Translations under genes and position numbers: made by a program
Part shown: positions 20,948-31,975 of the stretch, in pieces
Position numbering within the stretch: position 1 is the first letter of the stretch
Layout: the number at the start of each line of letters is the position of its first letter
Source: Deinococcales bacterium
GTDB lineage: Bacteria > Deinococcota > Deinococci > Deinococcales > JAAFIG01
Reading direction: 5' to 3'
Length of the DNA stretch: 62,391 nucleotides
NCBI GenBank assembly: GCA_031414595.1
Contig: JANNVX010000100.1
Coordinates: 1 to 62,391 of the forward strand
Notes under the pieces: model-generated
The model's database searches: none
What the model saw: the letters and a program-made list of their open reading frames with translations, nothing else
What the model was told of the DNA's origin: nothing

Positions 20948-23106
20948 AACTTTGGCAATGGTTTGAAAACCTATCACTGCTTGTTAGACTCATTGTTCAG
21001 AGTATATTGATTATTGTGCCATCCATGATTTTAGCGGGTTGGCTGTTTTCGAGTTCAATTGATAGTGTTATTGAGCGTTCGGCGGGTAATCAAGTACGAC
21101 AATTGGCATTTAATGCAGCCGATAAACTAGACCGCAATTTATTTGAACGCTACGGTGACGTTCAAGCCTACGCCAAGTCATCGGCGGCAATCAGCTTGGA
21201 TCGAGTTCAAATCGAACGTTGGATGGAAATCATGCTGACCACGTACCGCCCGATTTATCGTTTGATGCTGGCAAGCAACCTTCAAGGACAGGTGATTGCC
21301 AGTTATGGGGTCAACAACGATGATATGAACCCAAGTTCAGCTTGGCGTAAAATTGACACTTCAAGCCTAAGAGGTCTTGATGTATCCAATGAATCTTGGT
21401 TCAAAGAAGCCGTTTCGAGCAAGATGGTGGATGGTTTAGCGGTGGTGCGTGATGTTGCCCCCAATCCTATTATGGAGCGCTTATACGGCAAGAAAAAATC
21501 GGTCGCCATGACTTTTTCTGCACCAATTCGTAATCCCAAAGGACAAATTATTGGTGTTTGGCACAATTTTTTTAATTGGCAAGTGGCTAAAAATATTATT
21601 CAGGAAGTTCAAGACCGAGCCATTAAAGATGGGTACTCGAGTACCCGTTTTTTATTAGCAGATGAGTCGGGTTTATTACTATACACGCCAACCGACAGAT
21701 ATGCTTTTGAACGCAACATCAAAACCTTTATTTCTTATGTGGCTTCACGTTCAACCACCGAGGGTTTTGTTAAAGCCAGAGATTTTTCTAATCCTGAACT
21801 GACCTTGACCTCCCCGGGTTTGGTTGGTTTTTATGTTTCCAAAGGCTACTCGAGTTACGCTGGGGTCAAATGGCTGGTTTTGTCGAGTCTTTCATCTGCC
21901 GAAGTCCAATCCGAAGGCGCGATTCTTAATCAAATCCTGACTCTTTTACGGGTTGGTACGTTGGCAGTGGTCATTTTTGTTCTGTGGCTTTCAGCAAGTT
22001 ATATCACCCGCCAAGTGCGCGAATTAACAATCAATGCCGAAGGTCTGGCACTTGGGCGTTTAGACCAAAAACTGGGGCGGACTGGACAAGATGAAATTGG
22101 GCGTTTAACCAGTTCTTTTCACAATATGGTCAGCTATCAACGCGAAATGGCTGGGATTGCCAATGCCATTTCGCAAGGCAATTTAGCCAAGTCCTTTACC
22201 CCAAAATCTGAACACGATGAACTTGGTGTGGCGTTTGCCCTGATGTCGAAGAATCTGCGTGAACTCCTCAATGCCGTCACACAAAGCAGTTCGGCGGTGG
22301 CGGCAGCCTCGAGTCAAATTCTGGCAACTTCGGCGCAGCAAGCCAGTGGGGTACATCAACAAAGCGCAGCCGTGGCGCAAACCAGTGCAACCGTGGAAGA
22401 GGTACGAAATAGTTCTGACCAAGCCGTAGGGATTGCCATGACCGTTTCTGAGAGTGCTTCAAGTGCCTCGAGTGTGGCAGCGGCTGGGGTCGAAGCTGCC
22501 AATCAAGCCAATCAAGGGATGTCGGAGATACGCGCTCGAGTCCAACAAATTGCCGAGAATATTCTGGCGTTATCTGAGCAAACCCAACAAATTGGCGATA
22601 TTATTGCTACCGTCAACGACATTGCCGACCAGAGTAATCTGCTTGCCCTAAATGCCGCCATCGAAGCCTCCCGTGCTGGCGACCAAGGCAAGGGTTTTGC
22701 GGTGGTTGCCCAAGAAATCAGGTTGTTGTCCGAACAATCCAAAGCCGCCACAGGTCAGGTCAAATCTATCCTTGGCGAGATTCAACGTGCCACCAACAGC
22801 GCCGTCATGACCACCGAACAAGGCATTAAAGTAGCAGATGTCGGTGTCGAAAGTATTGCTCGGGTTTTAACCGTCATCGAGGATTTACAAAGCACTGTTC
22901 AGTATGCGGCTCACAATGCCCAGCTTATTTCGGCTTCGGTGCGGCAACACAGCGCGGGAATGGAACAAATCACGGGGGCAATGCAGAGTATCGGCAGTTC
23001 GACCAAGGATAATTTAAGCAGCGCCCAGAATACGAGGGCGGCGGCTGAATCACTGGCTGAACTCTCGAGCCAATTACGCGGTATGGTAGAGCAGTATCAG
23101 ACTTAA
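20944..23106 (+). CDS. Methyl-accepting chemoreceptor (dCache-HAMP-MCP signal domain)
   Basis: Two TM segments, [12 protein letters not shown] cache region, [35 protein letters not shown]. Confidence 0.95.
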   Translation: MKLWQWFENLSLLVRLIVQSILIIVPSMILAGWLFSSSIDSVIERSAGNQVRQLAFNAADKLDRNLFERYGDVQAYAKSSAAISLDRVQIERWMEIMLTTYRPIYRLMLASNLQGQVIASYGVNNDDMNPSSAWRKIDTSSLRGLDVSNESWFKEAVSSKMVDGLAVVRDVAPNPIMERLYGKKKSVAMTFSAPIRNPKGQIIGVWHNFFNWQVAKNIIQEVQDRAIKDGYSSTRFLLADESGLLLYTPTDRYAFERNIKTFISYVASRSTTEGFVKARDFSNPELTLTSPGLVGFYVSKGYSSYAGVKWLVLSSLSSAEVQSEGAILNQILTLLRVGTLAVVIFVLWLSASYITRQVRELTINAEGLALGRLDQKLGRTGQDEIGRLTSSFHNMVSYQREMAGIANAISQGNLAKSFTPKSEHDELGVAFALMSKNLRELLNAVTQSSSAVAAASSQILATSAQQASGVHQQSAAVAQTSATVEEVRNSSDQAVGIAMTVSESASSASSVAAAGVEAANQANQGMSEIRARVQQIAENILALSEQTQQIGDIIATVNDIADQSNLLALNAAIEASRAGDQGKGFAVVAQEIRLLSEQSKAATGQVKSILGEIQRATNSAVMTTEQGIKVADVGVESIARVLTVIEDLQSTVQYAAHNAQLISASVRQHSAGMEQITGAMQSIGSSTKDNLSSAQNTRAAAESLAELSSQLRGMVEQYQT

Positions 23107-23125
23107 TTTAGTGATTGAGGTGAAA

Positions 23126-25738
23126 ATGACAGATGTTTTAACTCAAAATCTTGGACACGAATTTGCCTTGTACTTAAAGGCAGTCACCGAGGCTACCGAT
23201 TTACCAAGTGCATTTTTAGCCTTGCATCGGGCGCGAGTCGTGGCTCGAGCCGGCAATCATGAACTCGAGCCTTACCTGATGCAGCTTGAAATGGGCAATC
23301 AGGTTAGCCCTGAGTCGGCTTTGCAAACACTTTGGTCTGAGGCTTGGCAACCGCACCTTTATCGTTGGTTAGCGCAAACCGAATTAACCCAAAGGCTCGA
23401 GTTGTTACAATCTGCCGGTAGCCAAGAAGCGGCTCGGCTCGAGATTCATCGGGCGCGGGTGGCTTTACAAAGTGCAGGCTTGGAGACTGAATTGAGCATT
23501 TTTTTAAGTCAACTTGCCACAGGTCAAACACCCATTAGCACTTCACCTGAAACATCGGTTTGGTTAGGAGCTTGGAATCGTTTTGCTGATGTTTCGGTTT
23601 CCTTAGACCCTGCTGCACCAAAAAATTGGCAATTGGTTTTTGCCCAAGAGTTAGCCCAGCGTTTAACGGCGTTGCGTCAAGCCAAAGACCCAAAAGCCAT
23701 GCGTTTAGAAATTCACCGCCTTCGCGTGGCAGCCAGAGCCGTCCAAGATGGTTTAGAACCTGAGTTAAAACGCTTGGAGTTTGGCGAAACCAACATGGTC
23801 ACAGATTCGCGCCTCAAAGCTGCCCTGCCTGTGACTCGAGCCAGTCCAGAACCTGTGACTCGAGCCAGTCCACCAGAGGTACGCCCCGATAATACCCGTC
23901 TGGACAGTGCGCCTACGCTGGTCTCAACGAGCATCATGCCACCAACGAACCGTTCAACCGACCAAAATGCCACTTTGGAAGGTTCGGCTCGAGCCGTTGC
24001 CCAAGAATCGGTGCGGGTTTCGGTGGCACGCCTCGATTCGCTGCTGGCGCAAGCTGGTGAACTGACGGTTGGGCGTATCCGCATCGAAGAACGCCTGCGG
24101 GATTTGCGGGATTTACTGTCACGCCGCAACCTCGAGCGGCGCAACTCGAAACATTCACGCACCCTGCGGCGGCGTTTGCAGGGCTTAGCCGATGAAAACC
24201 GTGATGTTGCCGCGGTGCTTGGTTTACTTGAGACCAGCGAAGAAAACACCCGTCGGGCATTGGATAAACTCGAGGATGTACTCAACCGTTTAGCGGGCGA
24301 TTTAGCCCAACTGCGGACGGTCAACACCACCATAGAAGATGAAGTCCTGAGTGTGCGTTTACTGCCCGCCGCGATGCTATTTCCGCCACTCGAGCGTTTG
24401 GTGCGCGACCTTGGGCAGCAACTCGGTAAACAGGTGCGTTTAATTACTCTGGGCGGCGGTATTGGCATAGATCGTAAAATCCTTGAAGGGCTGCGTGACC
24501 CGTTAATGCACATGATTCGCAACGCTGTAGACCATGGTTTAGAACTGCCCAATGTGCGTGGGGAATTTGGCAAACCCAGCGAAGGTACAATTAACTTATC
24601 GGTCAACTCGAGTGGTGGCATGGTCACACTGAACTTGTCCGACGATGGCAACGGTATGGACGCACAACGAATCCTCAAAAAAGCCGAGGAAAAAGGAATT
24701 ATTCAAAGTGCGCTGACTTACGACCCAAAACTGGCGCTAGACCTGATTTTTGAACCCGGTTTTAGTACGGCGGCAGCCGTGACCGATGTTTCCGGGCGCG
24801 GTGTCGGCATGGATGTGGTGCGGCAAAACATTCGTGCTTTAAGCGGAACAGTCAGTGTGCAGAGCCAACTCGGGGTTGGAAGTCATTTTGTGATGCGTCT
24901 ACCAGCCCAACTTGCTACGGTGCGGGTCTTGTTGGTGCGGGTTGGACACGATAGCTTTGCTGTGCCAACTGCTAGTATTGAACGCACTGGACGGGTCAAA
25001 GTCGAGGGAATTCATCAACTCGAGGGACGCAGCGTGATTATTTTGGAGGGTCGTCCGATTCCACTGGTCGAACTCGGCAGTGTCATGGATGTGCCATTTG
25101 AGGCTGGCGAATCTTGGCAGCCATACTTTATTTTGCGCCGTGACGATGACCGTTTGGCGTGTACCGTGGATGCCATGGTTGGCGAACAAGAAGTGGTGGT
25201 TAAAAAACTATCGTACCCACTCGAGAAATTCGCACCACTCGAGGGCGCGGCTGTGTTGGGCAGTGGGCAATTGGTTTCAATTTTATCCAGCACCCACTTA
25301 ATCGAACGCGGTTTACGGCGTGAAATTCGGGTTCGCCGCGACCTTAAAATTGCACCAACCATCGCGGCTCGAGTTCCACGAATTATGGTGGTGGATGACA
25401 GTATCACCAGCCGAACCTTGGAACGCAGCATTCTCGAGGCGGCGGGCTTTGAAACAATCACGGCAGTCCATGGCGCTCAAGCCCTCGAGTTTTTACGCCG
25501 TGGTGAACATGTGGACTTGGTTGTGTCCGACGTTGAAATGCCAGAACTCGATGGGTTTGGTTTAACATCCGAAATCCGTCGTGACCCGCGCCTAGCCCAA
25601 ATACCTGTTATTCTGATTACCAGCTTAAACGCCCCTGAACACAAGGAGCGCGGCGCAATGGCAGGCGCAGATGCGTATATTGTCAAAGGAGAATTTGACC
25701 AAGGTGTACTTCTCGAGACGATTAACCGCTTGTTGTAG
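23126..25738 (+). CDS. Hybrid CheA-CheW-receiver histidine kinase with atypical N-terminal Hpt-like repeats
   Basis: SVRVSVARLDSL, HMIRNAVDHGLE, IFEPGFST...SGRGVGMDVV, CheW domain, C-terminal receiver VVDDS...SDVEMP. Confidence 0.92.
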   Translation: MTDVLTQNLGHEFALYLKAVTEATDLPSAFLALHRARVVARAGNHELEPYLMQLEMGNQVSPESALQTLWSEAWQPHLYRWLAQTELTQRLELLQSAGSQEAARLEIHRARVALQSAGLETELSIFLSQLATGQTPISTSPETSVWLGAWNRFADVSVSLDPAAPKNWQLVFAQELAQRLTALRQAKDPKAMRLEIHRLRVAARAVQDGLEPELKRLEFGETNMVTDSRLKAALPVTRASPEPVTRASPPEVRPDNTRLDSAPTLVSTSIMPPTNRSTDQNATLEGSARAVAQESVRVSVARLDSLLAQAGELTVGRIRIEERLRDLRDLLSRRNLERRNSKHSRTLRRRLQGLADENRDVAAVLGLLETSEENTRRALDKLEDVLNRLAGDLAQLRTVNTTIEDEVLSVRLLPAAMLFPPLERLVRDLGQQLGKQVRLITLGGGIGIDRKILEGLRDPLMHMIRNAVDHGLELPNVRGEFGKPSEGTINLSVNSSGGMVTLNLSDDGNGMDAQRILKKAEEKGIIQSALTYDPKLALDLIFEPGFSTAAAVTDVSGRGVGMDVVRQNIRALSGTVSVQSQLGVGSHFVMRLPAQLATVRVLLVRVGHDSFAVPTASIERTGRVKVEGIHQLEGRSVIILEGRPIPLVELGSVMDVPFEAGESWQPYFILRRDDDRLACTVDAMVGEQEVVVKKLSYPLEKFAPLEGAAVLGSGQLVSILSSTHLIERGLRREIRVRRDLKIAPTIAARVPRIMVVDDSITSRTLERSILEAAGFETITAVHGAQALEFLRRGEHVDLVVSDVEMPELDGFGLTSEIRRDPRLAQIPVILITSLNAPEHKERGAMAGADAYIVKGEFDQGVLLETINRLL

Positions 25739-25882
25739 GAAAAGCGAAAGGCAAAGTAAAAACTCAATTCCTCAACCACATAGCTTTTTAACCCCTTCGC
25801 CTTTTGCCTTTTGCTTGCTCTTTTCCACTATCCGAAAGTCCATATCTATTTCTCTCTTAAACAAGGTATCTTTTAACGCTTT

Positions 25883-27019
25883 ATGCAGCCATCCAGCCCC
25901 CTAAAACGAATCCGAGTTCTTGTTGTGGACGACTCCAGTGTGCAACGCCGAATGCTGGTCAGTCTGCTTGAATTAGATGGTGGTTTTGAAGTGGTTGGCA
26001 CTGCCAGCAATGGGGCAGAAGCTGTGCCGATGGCGTTGCGCTTACAACCCGATGTGATCACCATGGATTTACGAATGCCAATCATGGATGGCTTAGCGGC
26101 TTCCGAAGCAATTATCGAACAAGCGCCTATTCCAATTTTAATGGTCACATCTAGTGTCTCCAAAGACGACCAACGCCTTGTGGCTAAAGCTATCGCGGCA
26201 GGGGTACTCGCCATTATTGCCAAACCCAATATCCACACTGACACCCATGAATTCTTGCGGATGGTACGGGGTATCTCAAAAGTCAAAGTGATTCGCCGTA
26301 AACCACAACCCAAACCAGCCCCGAGTGCCTTGTCACGCACCGTGATTGCTGAACCGATTACATTGCCTTTTGAACGGCGCAGCAGTAACTCTGCCACACG
26401 CCTCAGCCCAGCCATTTTGCCGTCCAGTGTTAGTCGGGTCAATGTCATTGGGATTGCCTCGAGTACCGGCGGACCCCAAGCCCTCGAGCCATTATTAACC
26501 CGTTTACCCGCCGATTTCCCTGTGCCAATTATTATTGTGCAACACATTGTTGAAGGTTTTGCCGCTAGTTTAGTTGAATGGTTACGCCCACTTTGCGCCC
26601 TGCACATAGACTTGGCACAAATTGGCAGCCCTGTCAAACCGGGGATTTGGATTGCCGGTGGTGGCTCACATCTTGTGGTACGCGAGGGCTTGTTTCACTC
26701 GAGTATGGAAATGCCAGTCTCAGGGCAGCGCCCAAGCGGAACAGTTTTGTTTCGCAGTTTGGTGCGTGAATACCGCAATAATGCAATTGGTGTGATTCTT
26801 TCTGGCATGGGTGACGATGGGGCGGCTGGGCTTGAAATGATGCAAAAGGCTGGCGCAGCCATCCTCGCCCAAGACGAAGCAAGTAGTGTCATTCACAGTA
26901 TGCCAAGTAGTGCCATCCGTAAAGGTGTGGTACATCATGTCATGCCGCCGCTCGAGATTGCCAATACTTTAATAGATTTTGCTAGACGAGCCAGACCTGA
27001 TTGGATACCGCCAACTTAA
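25883..27019 (+). CDS. cheB: Chemotaxis response regulator/methylesterase
   Basis: Receiver domain plus SSTGGP, VQH and GMGDDGA catalytic motifs. Confidence 0.93.
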   Translation: MQPSSPLKRIRVLVVDDSSVQRRMLVSLLELDGGFEVVGTASNGAEAVPMALRLQPDVITMDLRMPIMDGLAASEAIIEQAPIPILMVTSSVSKDDQRLVAKAIAAGVLAIIAKPNIHTDTHEFLRMVRGISKVKVIRRKPQPKPAPSALSRTVIAEPITLPFERRSSNSATRLSPAILPSSVSRVNVIGIASSTGGPQALEPLLTRLPADFPVPIIIVQHIVEGFAASLVEWLRPLCALHIDLAQIGSPVKPGIWIAGGGSHLVVREGLFHSSMEMPVSGQRPSGTVLFRSLVREYRNNAIGVILSGMGDDGAAGLEMMQKAGAAILAQDEASSVIHSMPSSAIRKGVVHHVMPPLEIANTLIDFARRARPDWIPPT

Positions 27020-27086
27020 ATCTATTCCAAAGTATAGTGATTGTAGCCAACCCGTGATGATACTCTTTTGAAGTTAGGGAGACATC

Positions 27087-28046
27087 ATGAAAAAACAATG
27101 GTTACTCGGCGCAAGTGTTGCTGCCGTTATTGCTGGCTTAAGTGTTCAAAGTAGCGCTCAAGTTCAAGGACTTAAAATTATTGCACCAGCCGCCGTGGGT
27201 GGTGGTTGGGATCAGACGGCTCGAGCCATTAAAGCCGTGCTGGATTCGACTAAACTTGCTGATGAAGTCGAAGTGGTCAATATCCCTGGCAGTGGTGGCA
27301 CAATTGGCTTAAATCAATTTGTCAACTTAAAAGGGAACGAAAATACCCTGATGGTCATGGGCTTAGTGATGGTTGGAGCAATTCAAACCAATAATTCAAA
27401 AGCCAATCTCGATATGGTCACACCAATCGCCCGCTTAACTGGCGAATACGAAGTGATTGTTGTCCCAAGCAGCAGTAAAATAGACACTCTTTCTGAGTTT
27501 ATTAGCGCTTGGAAAGCCAATACCAGTAATTTTGTGATTGCTGGCGGGAGTGCTGGCGGGACAGACCATATTGCGGTTGGTTTACTCGGACAAAGCACTG
27601 GAGTTGACTTAAATAAAATTAAGTACCAACCATTCTCTGGTGGTGGTGAAGTGGTCACTGCAATGCAAAATAACCTAGTCTCGGCGGGTGTTTCGGGGTT
27701 ATCGGAGTTTTTGCCTTTAATCGAAGCTGGCAAACTTCGGGCTATCGGAATCACCAGTGGCAAACGCCTTACTGGTGTCAATATTTCTACTTTTAAGGAA
27801 CAAGGGGTACGTTTAGAACTTGCTAATTGGCGCGGTATTGTTGCTCCACCACGTATCAGCAGCGAGCGCCGCCGCGAACTGATCAACATGATGAATCGTT
27901 TAAGCGCTTCAGATTTATGGCAGAGCATTCTTAAACAAAAAAATTGGCTTGACTTATACCAAAGTGGCAGCCGTTTTGATGTTTTCCTAAAACTCGAGGA
28001 TGAAAAAATAACCAACACCCTACGAGGCATTGGGATAATCAAGTAA
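27087..28046 (+). CDS. Tripartite tricarboxylate transporter substrate-binding protein (TctC/Bug family)
   Basis: APAAVGGGWDQTAR, NIPGSGGTIGL, GGSAGGTDH, NWRGIVAPP. Confidence 0.9.
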   Translation: MKKQWLLGASVAAVIAGLSVQSSAQVQGLKIIAPAAVGGGWDQTARAIKAVLDSTKLADEVEVVNIPGSGGTIGLNQFVNLKGNENTLMVMGLVMVGAIQTNNSKANLDMVTPIARLTGEYEVIVVPSSSKIDTLSEFISAWKANTSNFVIAGGSAGGTDHIAVGLLGQSTGVDLNKIKYQPFSGGGEVVTAMQNNLVSAGVSGLSEFLPLIEAGKLRAIGITSGKRLTGVNISTFKEQGVRLELANWRGIVAPPRISSERRRELINMMNRLSASDLWQSILKQKNWLDLYQSGSRFDVFLKLEDEKITNTLRGIGIIK

Positions 28047-28109
28047 CAGCTACCTCACCATACCTTTCTCTCGAGTACCAAAATTGAACTGATGTTAGAG
28101 TGACCTATT

Positions 28110-28148
28110 TTTTACCAGTCGAAACCGTAAGTCGTTCGACTGGTAAAA
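28110..28148. terminator. Bidirectional terminator-like hairpin
   Basis: TTTTACCAGTCGAA / TTCGACTGGTAAAA between convergent genes. Confidence 0.7.
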
Positions 28149-28189
28149 TGCTTTTATTTCCTCGAGAACAGCTTTCTATAGCTCGAGCC

Positions 28190-29032
28190 TTAGCCGTGCC
28201 GAATTAAATTGGCAAATTTAACGTGGGCTTCATGCGAAGCGCTTTCGGCAAGAACATGGGCATGGAGTGGCTTACCAATCAAGTACAGGTCGCCGAGTAA
28301 ATCAAGGGCTTTATGGCGCACAGGTTCGTCTTTGCCACGCAGCAAAATGTTTGTGCCTTCGTCTTCAAAGACGACTGCATTTTCGCCGTTAAAGCCCATG
28401 CCACGCCCTTGGGTAAAAAGGCGGTCGAGTTGGTACTGGAAGCCAAAAGTACGAGCATCGAGTAAGTTGTGCCAGTCGCCGCGTACCCCTGTCCAGCTTT
28501 GCATTCCAATCCGAGGGTGGGCAAAACCAATTTTTACAGTAATACGAAGTGGTTCGTCGGGGCTGGCTGGCTCGAGTCCGACGTACCCCTCACGGACTTC
28601 GGCAACCGCCTCGCGACTAGGACTGATGGGGGTTGGCATCGGGTCTGGGACAACATCGCGTAGCACATGATACCAACCCAAGGCACTGCCATCTAAAATC
28701 GGTATTTCTTCGCCTTGAACTTCGATGATAAACCCAGTCCAGTGATTGAGGATATACAGGGCAGCCAGTAAATGTTCGACAGTGGAAACAGTCACACCAC
28801 CAGCACTTATTTTGGTGGCGAGGTAGGTATCTAGGACATTTTCTGAGACAAGTGGGATTTCGGTACTCCCTACCCGCAAGCGAACTGGTTGCAGTGGGGT
28901 CAGGTGGAAACGAACACGGCAGGTTGCGCCTGTATGGATGCCCGGTCCACTAATCCAAGCGCTTGTGCCACGCCCCGACCAAGGAAGAAGATCGAACTGT
29001 TTGAGTCTTTCAAGATGTTGTTCGATGACCAT
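28190..29032 (-). CDS. lpxC: UDP-3-O-acyl-GlcNAc deacetylase
   Basis: GIHTG, TVEHLLAAL, EIPILDGSA, ARTFGF, EPVRHKALDLLGDL. Confidence 0.9.
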   Translation of the reverse strand: MVIEQHLERLKQFDLLPWSGRGTSAWISGPGIHTGATCRVRFHLTPLQPVRLRVGSTEIPLVSENVLDTYLATKISAGGVTVSTVEHLLAALYILNHWTGFIIEVQGEEIPILDGSALGWYHVLRDVVPDPMPTPISPSREAVAEVREGYVGLEPASPDEPLRITVKIGFAHPRIGMQSWTGVRGDWHNLLDARTFGFQYQLDRLFTQGRGMGFNGENAVVFEDEGTNILLRGKDEPVRHKALDLLGDLYLIGKPLHAHVLAESASHEAHVKFANLIRHG

Positions 29033-29081
29033 GCCTGATTTCTTCCCCTTCCTCTAAAAGATAATAGCACCTAAAACCACA

Positions 29082-30158
29082 TTACTGCATTGATGAGTTG
29101 TCACTTTGTTGGGTGACAGCCTTGGGCAAGGCTTGCTCGAGTTGCTTAAGGCGTTTTTCATAATCTTCTAATCTACGCACTTGCGCCTCTAACCGTAACT
29201 CATCCCTGATTGGCTGGGCTGGCGCACCACGCCAAACTTCACCGGCTGGAATGTCTTTAGATAAGGAACTGCGAGCCGTTAAAACCGCTCCTTTACCAAT
29301 ACGACAATGCCCAATCGTACCTGTTCCACCCCACAAAACCGCGTCGTCTTCGATGATTACGCTGCCGGTCAAACCGACCATACCAATTAAAATGACATTC
29401 TCGCCTAGCTGGCAATTATGGGCAATGATGCAACTCGGTCCAATTTTCGTACCACGTCCAATGCGGGTTGGCTCGAGTGTCCCTCTGTCAATCACGGTAT
29501 TGACCCCGATTTCCACATGGTCAGCAATTTGCACTGCACCAATTTGTTCTTGGCGAATAAAACCATTGGCTGTGCGGTGGAAACCAAAACCATCTGCCCC
29601 AATCACCGCCCCGCTTTGCACCAGCACACCATTTCCTAACTGGCAATCATGACGAACCGTCACCCGTTCATGCAGTAAGCAACCCTCACCCAGACTTGAA
29701 CGTTCACCAAGACTGGAATACGCCCCGATAATGCTGCCAGCCCCAATACTGGTGTTGGCAGCAATGACTGCAAAAGCCCCGATTTGCACATCTGGGGCAA
29801 GAATTGCACTTGGGTGAATTTTTGCACTTGGGTCAATACCCAGATTCTCGAGCGGCAACGCAAAAACCCGAAGCAACTCGAGCCAAGCCACTTCAACATC
29901 GGCTACACGAATCAAGGTTTTTGAGGTCTCGAGCGTCAAGCCTTCGGCAAGCACCAACACCTCGGCAGCACTGGACAGGGCTTTTTCCAAAGCGGTTTTT
30001 TCGCGCAGCACACAAACTAAATCATTTGCTCCAGCCACTAGCGGGTCAGCTAAACGCCCAATCGGAGCATCTATGCCGTGCAATTCACCGCCCAGTAAGG
30101 TGGCGACTTCGGCTCGAGTTTTTGGTTGGCGACTGACATTAAATGGTTTTTGATGCAC
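29082..30158 (-). CDS. lpxD: UDP-3-O-acyl-glucosamine N-acyltransferase
   Basis: Hexapeptide repeats, IGADGFGF, VEIGVNTVIDRG, IAHNCQLG. Confidence 0.9.
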   Translation of the reverse strand: MHQKPFNVSRQPKTRAEVATLLGGELHGIDAPIGRLADPLVAGANDLVCVLREKTALEKALSSAAEVLVLAEGLTLETSKTLIRVADVEVAWLELLRVFALPLENLGIDPSAKIHPSAILAPDVQIGAFAVIAANTSIGAGSIIGAYSSLGERSSLGEGCLLHERVTVRHDCQLGNGVLVQSGAVIGADGFGFHRTANGFIRQEQIGAVQIADHVEIGVNTVIDRGTLEPTRIGRGTKIGPSCIIAHNCQLGENVILIGMVGLTGSVIIEDDAVLWGGTGTIGHCRIGKGAVLTARSSLSKDIPAGEVWRGAPAQPIRDELRLEAQVRRLEDYEKRLKQLEQALPKAVTQQSDNSSMQ

Positions 30159-30170
30159 CCAGATACCCCT

Positions 30171-31877
30171 TTATTTCAAAACTGTTATATCAATATAACC
30201 CCAACCCATCACAGGAACGTCAAAACGTTCAATTCCAACAATCCGAGGCTCATCTGCTAGGGTTTCGACCACCAAATCCGAATCCTTAATCCGGCTTTTT
30301 AAGCGCTCGAGCAGTTCTTCAAGCGTTAAGATACCATCCCACGGGTCAAGATTCTCGAGTTCATTCGGAGGACGCGGTGTACTTGCGCCACGCACCCGAA
30401 AACGGTACTTGCCCTCTATAGCTGGAGCTTTATAAGTAATGCGTTTAACACTGATGGCACTGCGGTAGGCTTGCAAACGCACATTGATGATGGCGAGTTC
30501 TTCTGGTTTGACTATCCTTTTTTCTGGCTCGAGTTTAATTACCCGTAAACTCGAGTAGGCACTGAGTTCGATGTCTAAACTAATTTTTTTAATACGGCTG
30601 TCTTTATACGGATTTTCGGACACCAAGGCGGTCATCAGCGCGGCTCGAACGGCGGCGGCTCTTGCCACATCATCCCCTGTGACCACTTCACGCAGCGTCA
30701 CAGCCGCACGGTCAGCGAATTCTAAAGTAATTCCTAGCCGTGCCAAACCCGGACTCGAGCCTTCTAAGAGTTGTTCAATCCCACTCGAGACACTTGCCAC
30801 AATCATATTGGCAAATAAATCTTCGACTGGCGCAAGTCCAATGTTTAGATTCTTGGTGTTACTGCCGCGTTTCAAACTGATTTCCAGTGGTACAGCATTG
30901 CTCGCCCCCAGTGTTCCAGCAATGGCGGCTGGATGGTCGGTGTTAAACACGCCAATCGGCTGACCAATGGCTGCCCCAAGTTTGTAAGGCACAACCGAAG
31001 ACGGAATAATCGCACTGATATACGCGGGCATGGCAATAAAACGCGCTCGAGCATCGGCAAAAACGGGATGCCCAAAGGCAAGAATCTGATTTTTTTCGAT
31101 GGTTGTGACCGTACCAATTGCCCCAAGACTAATATCTCCCGTGGCAAGTTGCGCCGCGATAGCTGCGCCCGGCTCGAGCTTATACGGACGAGGCAGCGTA
31201 GAAGCCACCACCGAACCCTGTTGTAGCTCGAGTGCATAACCTTTTGCCCTGAGTCCCTCGAGCAGTAAGCCTTGGGCTTTTGGGGTCAGTCCAAAACTCG
31301 AGAACGGCAGACTTAAAGGCGCTGCACAACCAACACCCGCTAAACAAAACTGCTTTAATGGCAATGCCAAAGCCAGTGCGGTTGGTGGCAATTGCGCTCG
31401 GCGCATGGCTGAAATTGGAGTCACCAATGCCAAACGGTGGTCAGCATTTGGAAACCCCCCAGAAACCGCCCCGACCAAACGCCCACCAATGTAGACAGGG
31501 CTACCACTGAAACCCTGTCCAATCCCACCGACGGTATCTAAGAACTTGCCAGACCCACGCACCAAAATTAAAGGAAACCCACGTGGGTCATCCACCAAAT
31601 CAAGCACCTTGACCTCAAAGCGTTCTAGCACATTCCCAGCCCCAGCCGTTAAAGCAAAGCCCTCGAGACCGAGTTTGACCTCGGCAAGAGGAAGGTCTTG
31701 GGCGCGGGCTTGGGGCAAAAGGGCGACCACAAGCGCCCCAAGCCCGAAGGTGCTGCTTTTGCGGGTAAGAAGGGTCGCGCTGACGAAAAACTTTGTTGTA
31801 CCAAACTGATTGAGTGCCAATCTCATCGGTGAGAAAAAATGGGTCAACAAAACTCGAGCCACAGATTTTAAGTTCAT
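30171..31877 (-). CDS. SpoIVB-like peptidase S55 domain protein
   Basis: GGIGQGFSGSPVYIGGRLVGAVS, GTVT...LAFGHP; start uncertain. Confidence 0.8.
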   Translation of the reverse strand: MNLKSVARVLLTHFFSPMRLALNQFGTTKFFVSATLLTRKSSTFGLGALVVALLPQARAQDLPLAEVKLGLEGFALTAGAGNVLERFEVKVLDLVDDPRGFPLILVRGSGKFLDTVGGIGQGFSGSPVYIGGRLVGAVSGGFPNADHRLALVTPISAMRRAQLPPTALALALPLKQFCLAGVGCAAPLSLPFSSFGLTPKAQGLLLEGLRAKGYALELQQGSVVASTLPRPYKLEPGAAIAAQLATGDISLGAIGTVTTIEKNQILAFGHPVFADARARFIAMPAYISAIIPSSVVPYKLGAAIGQPIGVFNTDHPAAIAGTLGASNAVPLEISLKRGSNTKNLNIGLAPVEDLFANMIVASVSSGIEQLLEGSSPGLARLGITLEFADRAAVTLREVVTGDDVARAAAVRAALMTALVSENPYKDSRIKKISLDIELSAYSSLRVIKLEPEKRIVKPEELAIINVRLQAYRSAISVKRITYKAPAIEGKYRFRVRGASTPRPPNELENLDPWDGILTLEELLERLKSRIKDSDLVVETLADEPRIVGIERFDVPVMGWGYIDITVLK

Positions 31878-31975
31878 GGCTCGAGACTCGCAAAATTATG
31901 TGAGATACGCCCTAGGGCTTATGTGAGAAAAAAGAGGAAGGTATAGTTGCACATTTCTCTTTATTACCCAAGTTT

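Noticed and set aside
23713-24678. 321-aa minus-strand ORF, and similar long antisense ORFs at 25873-26637 and 27383-28042
   Set aside because: Antisense shadows of well-supported genes; Ser/Arg-rich with no motifs
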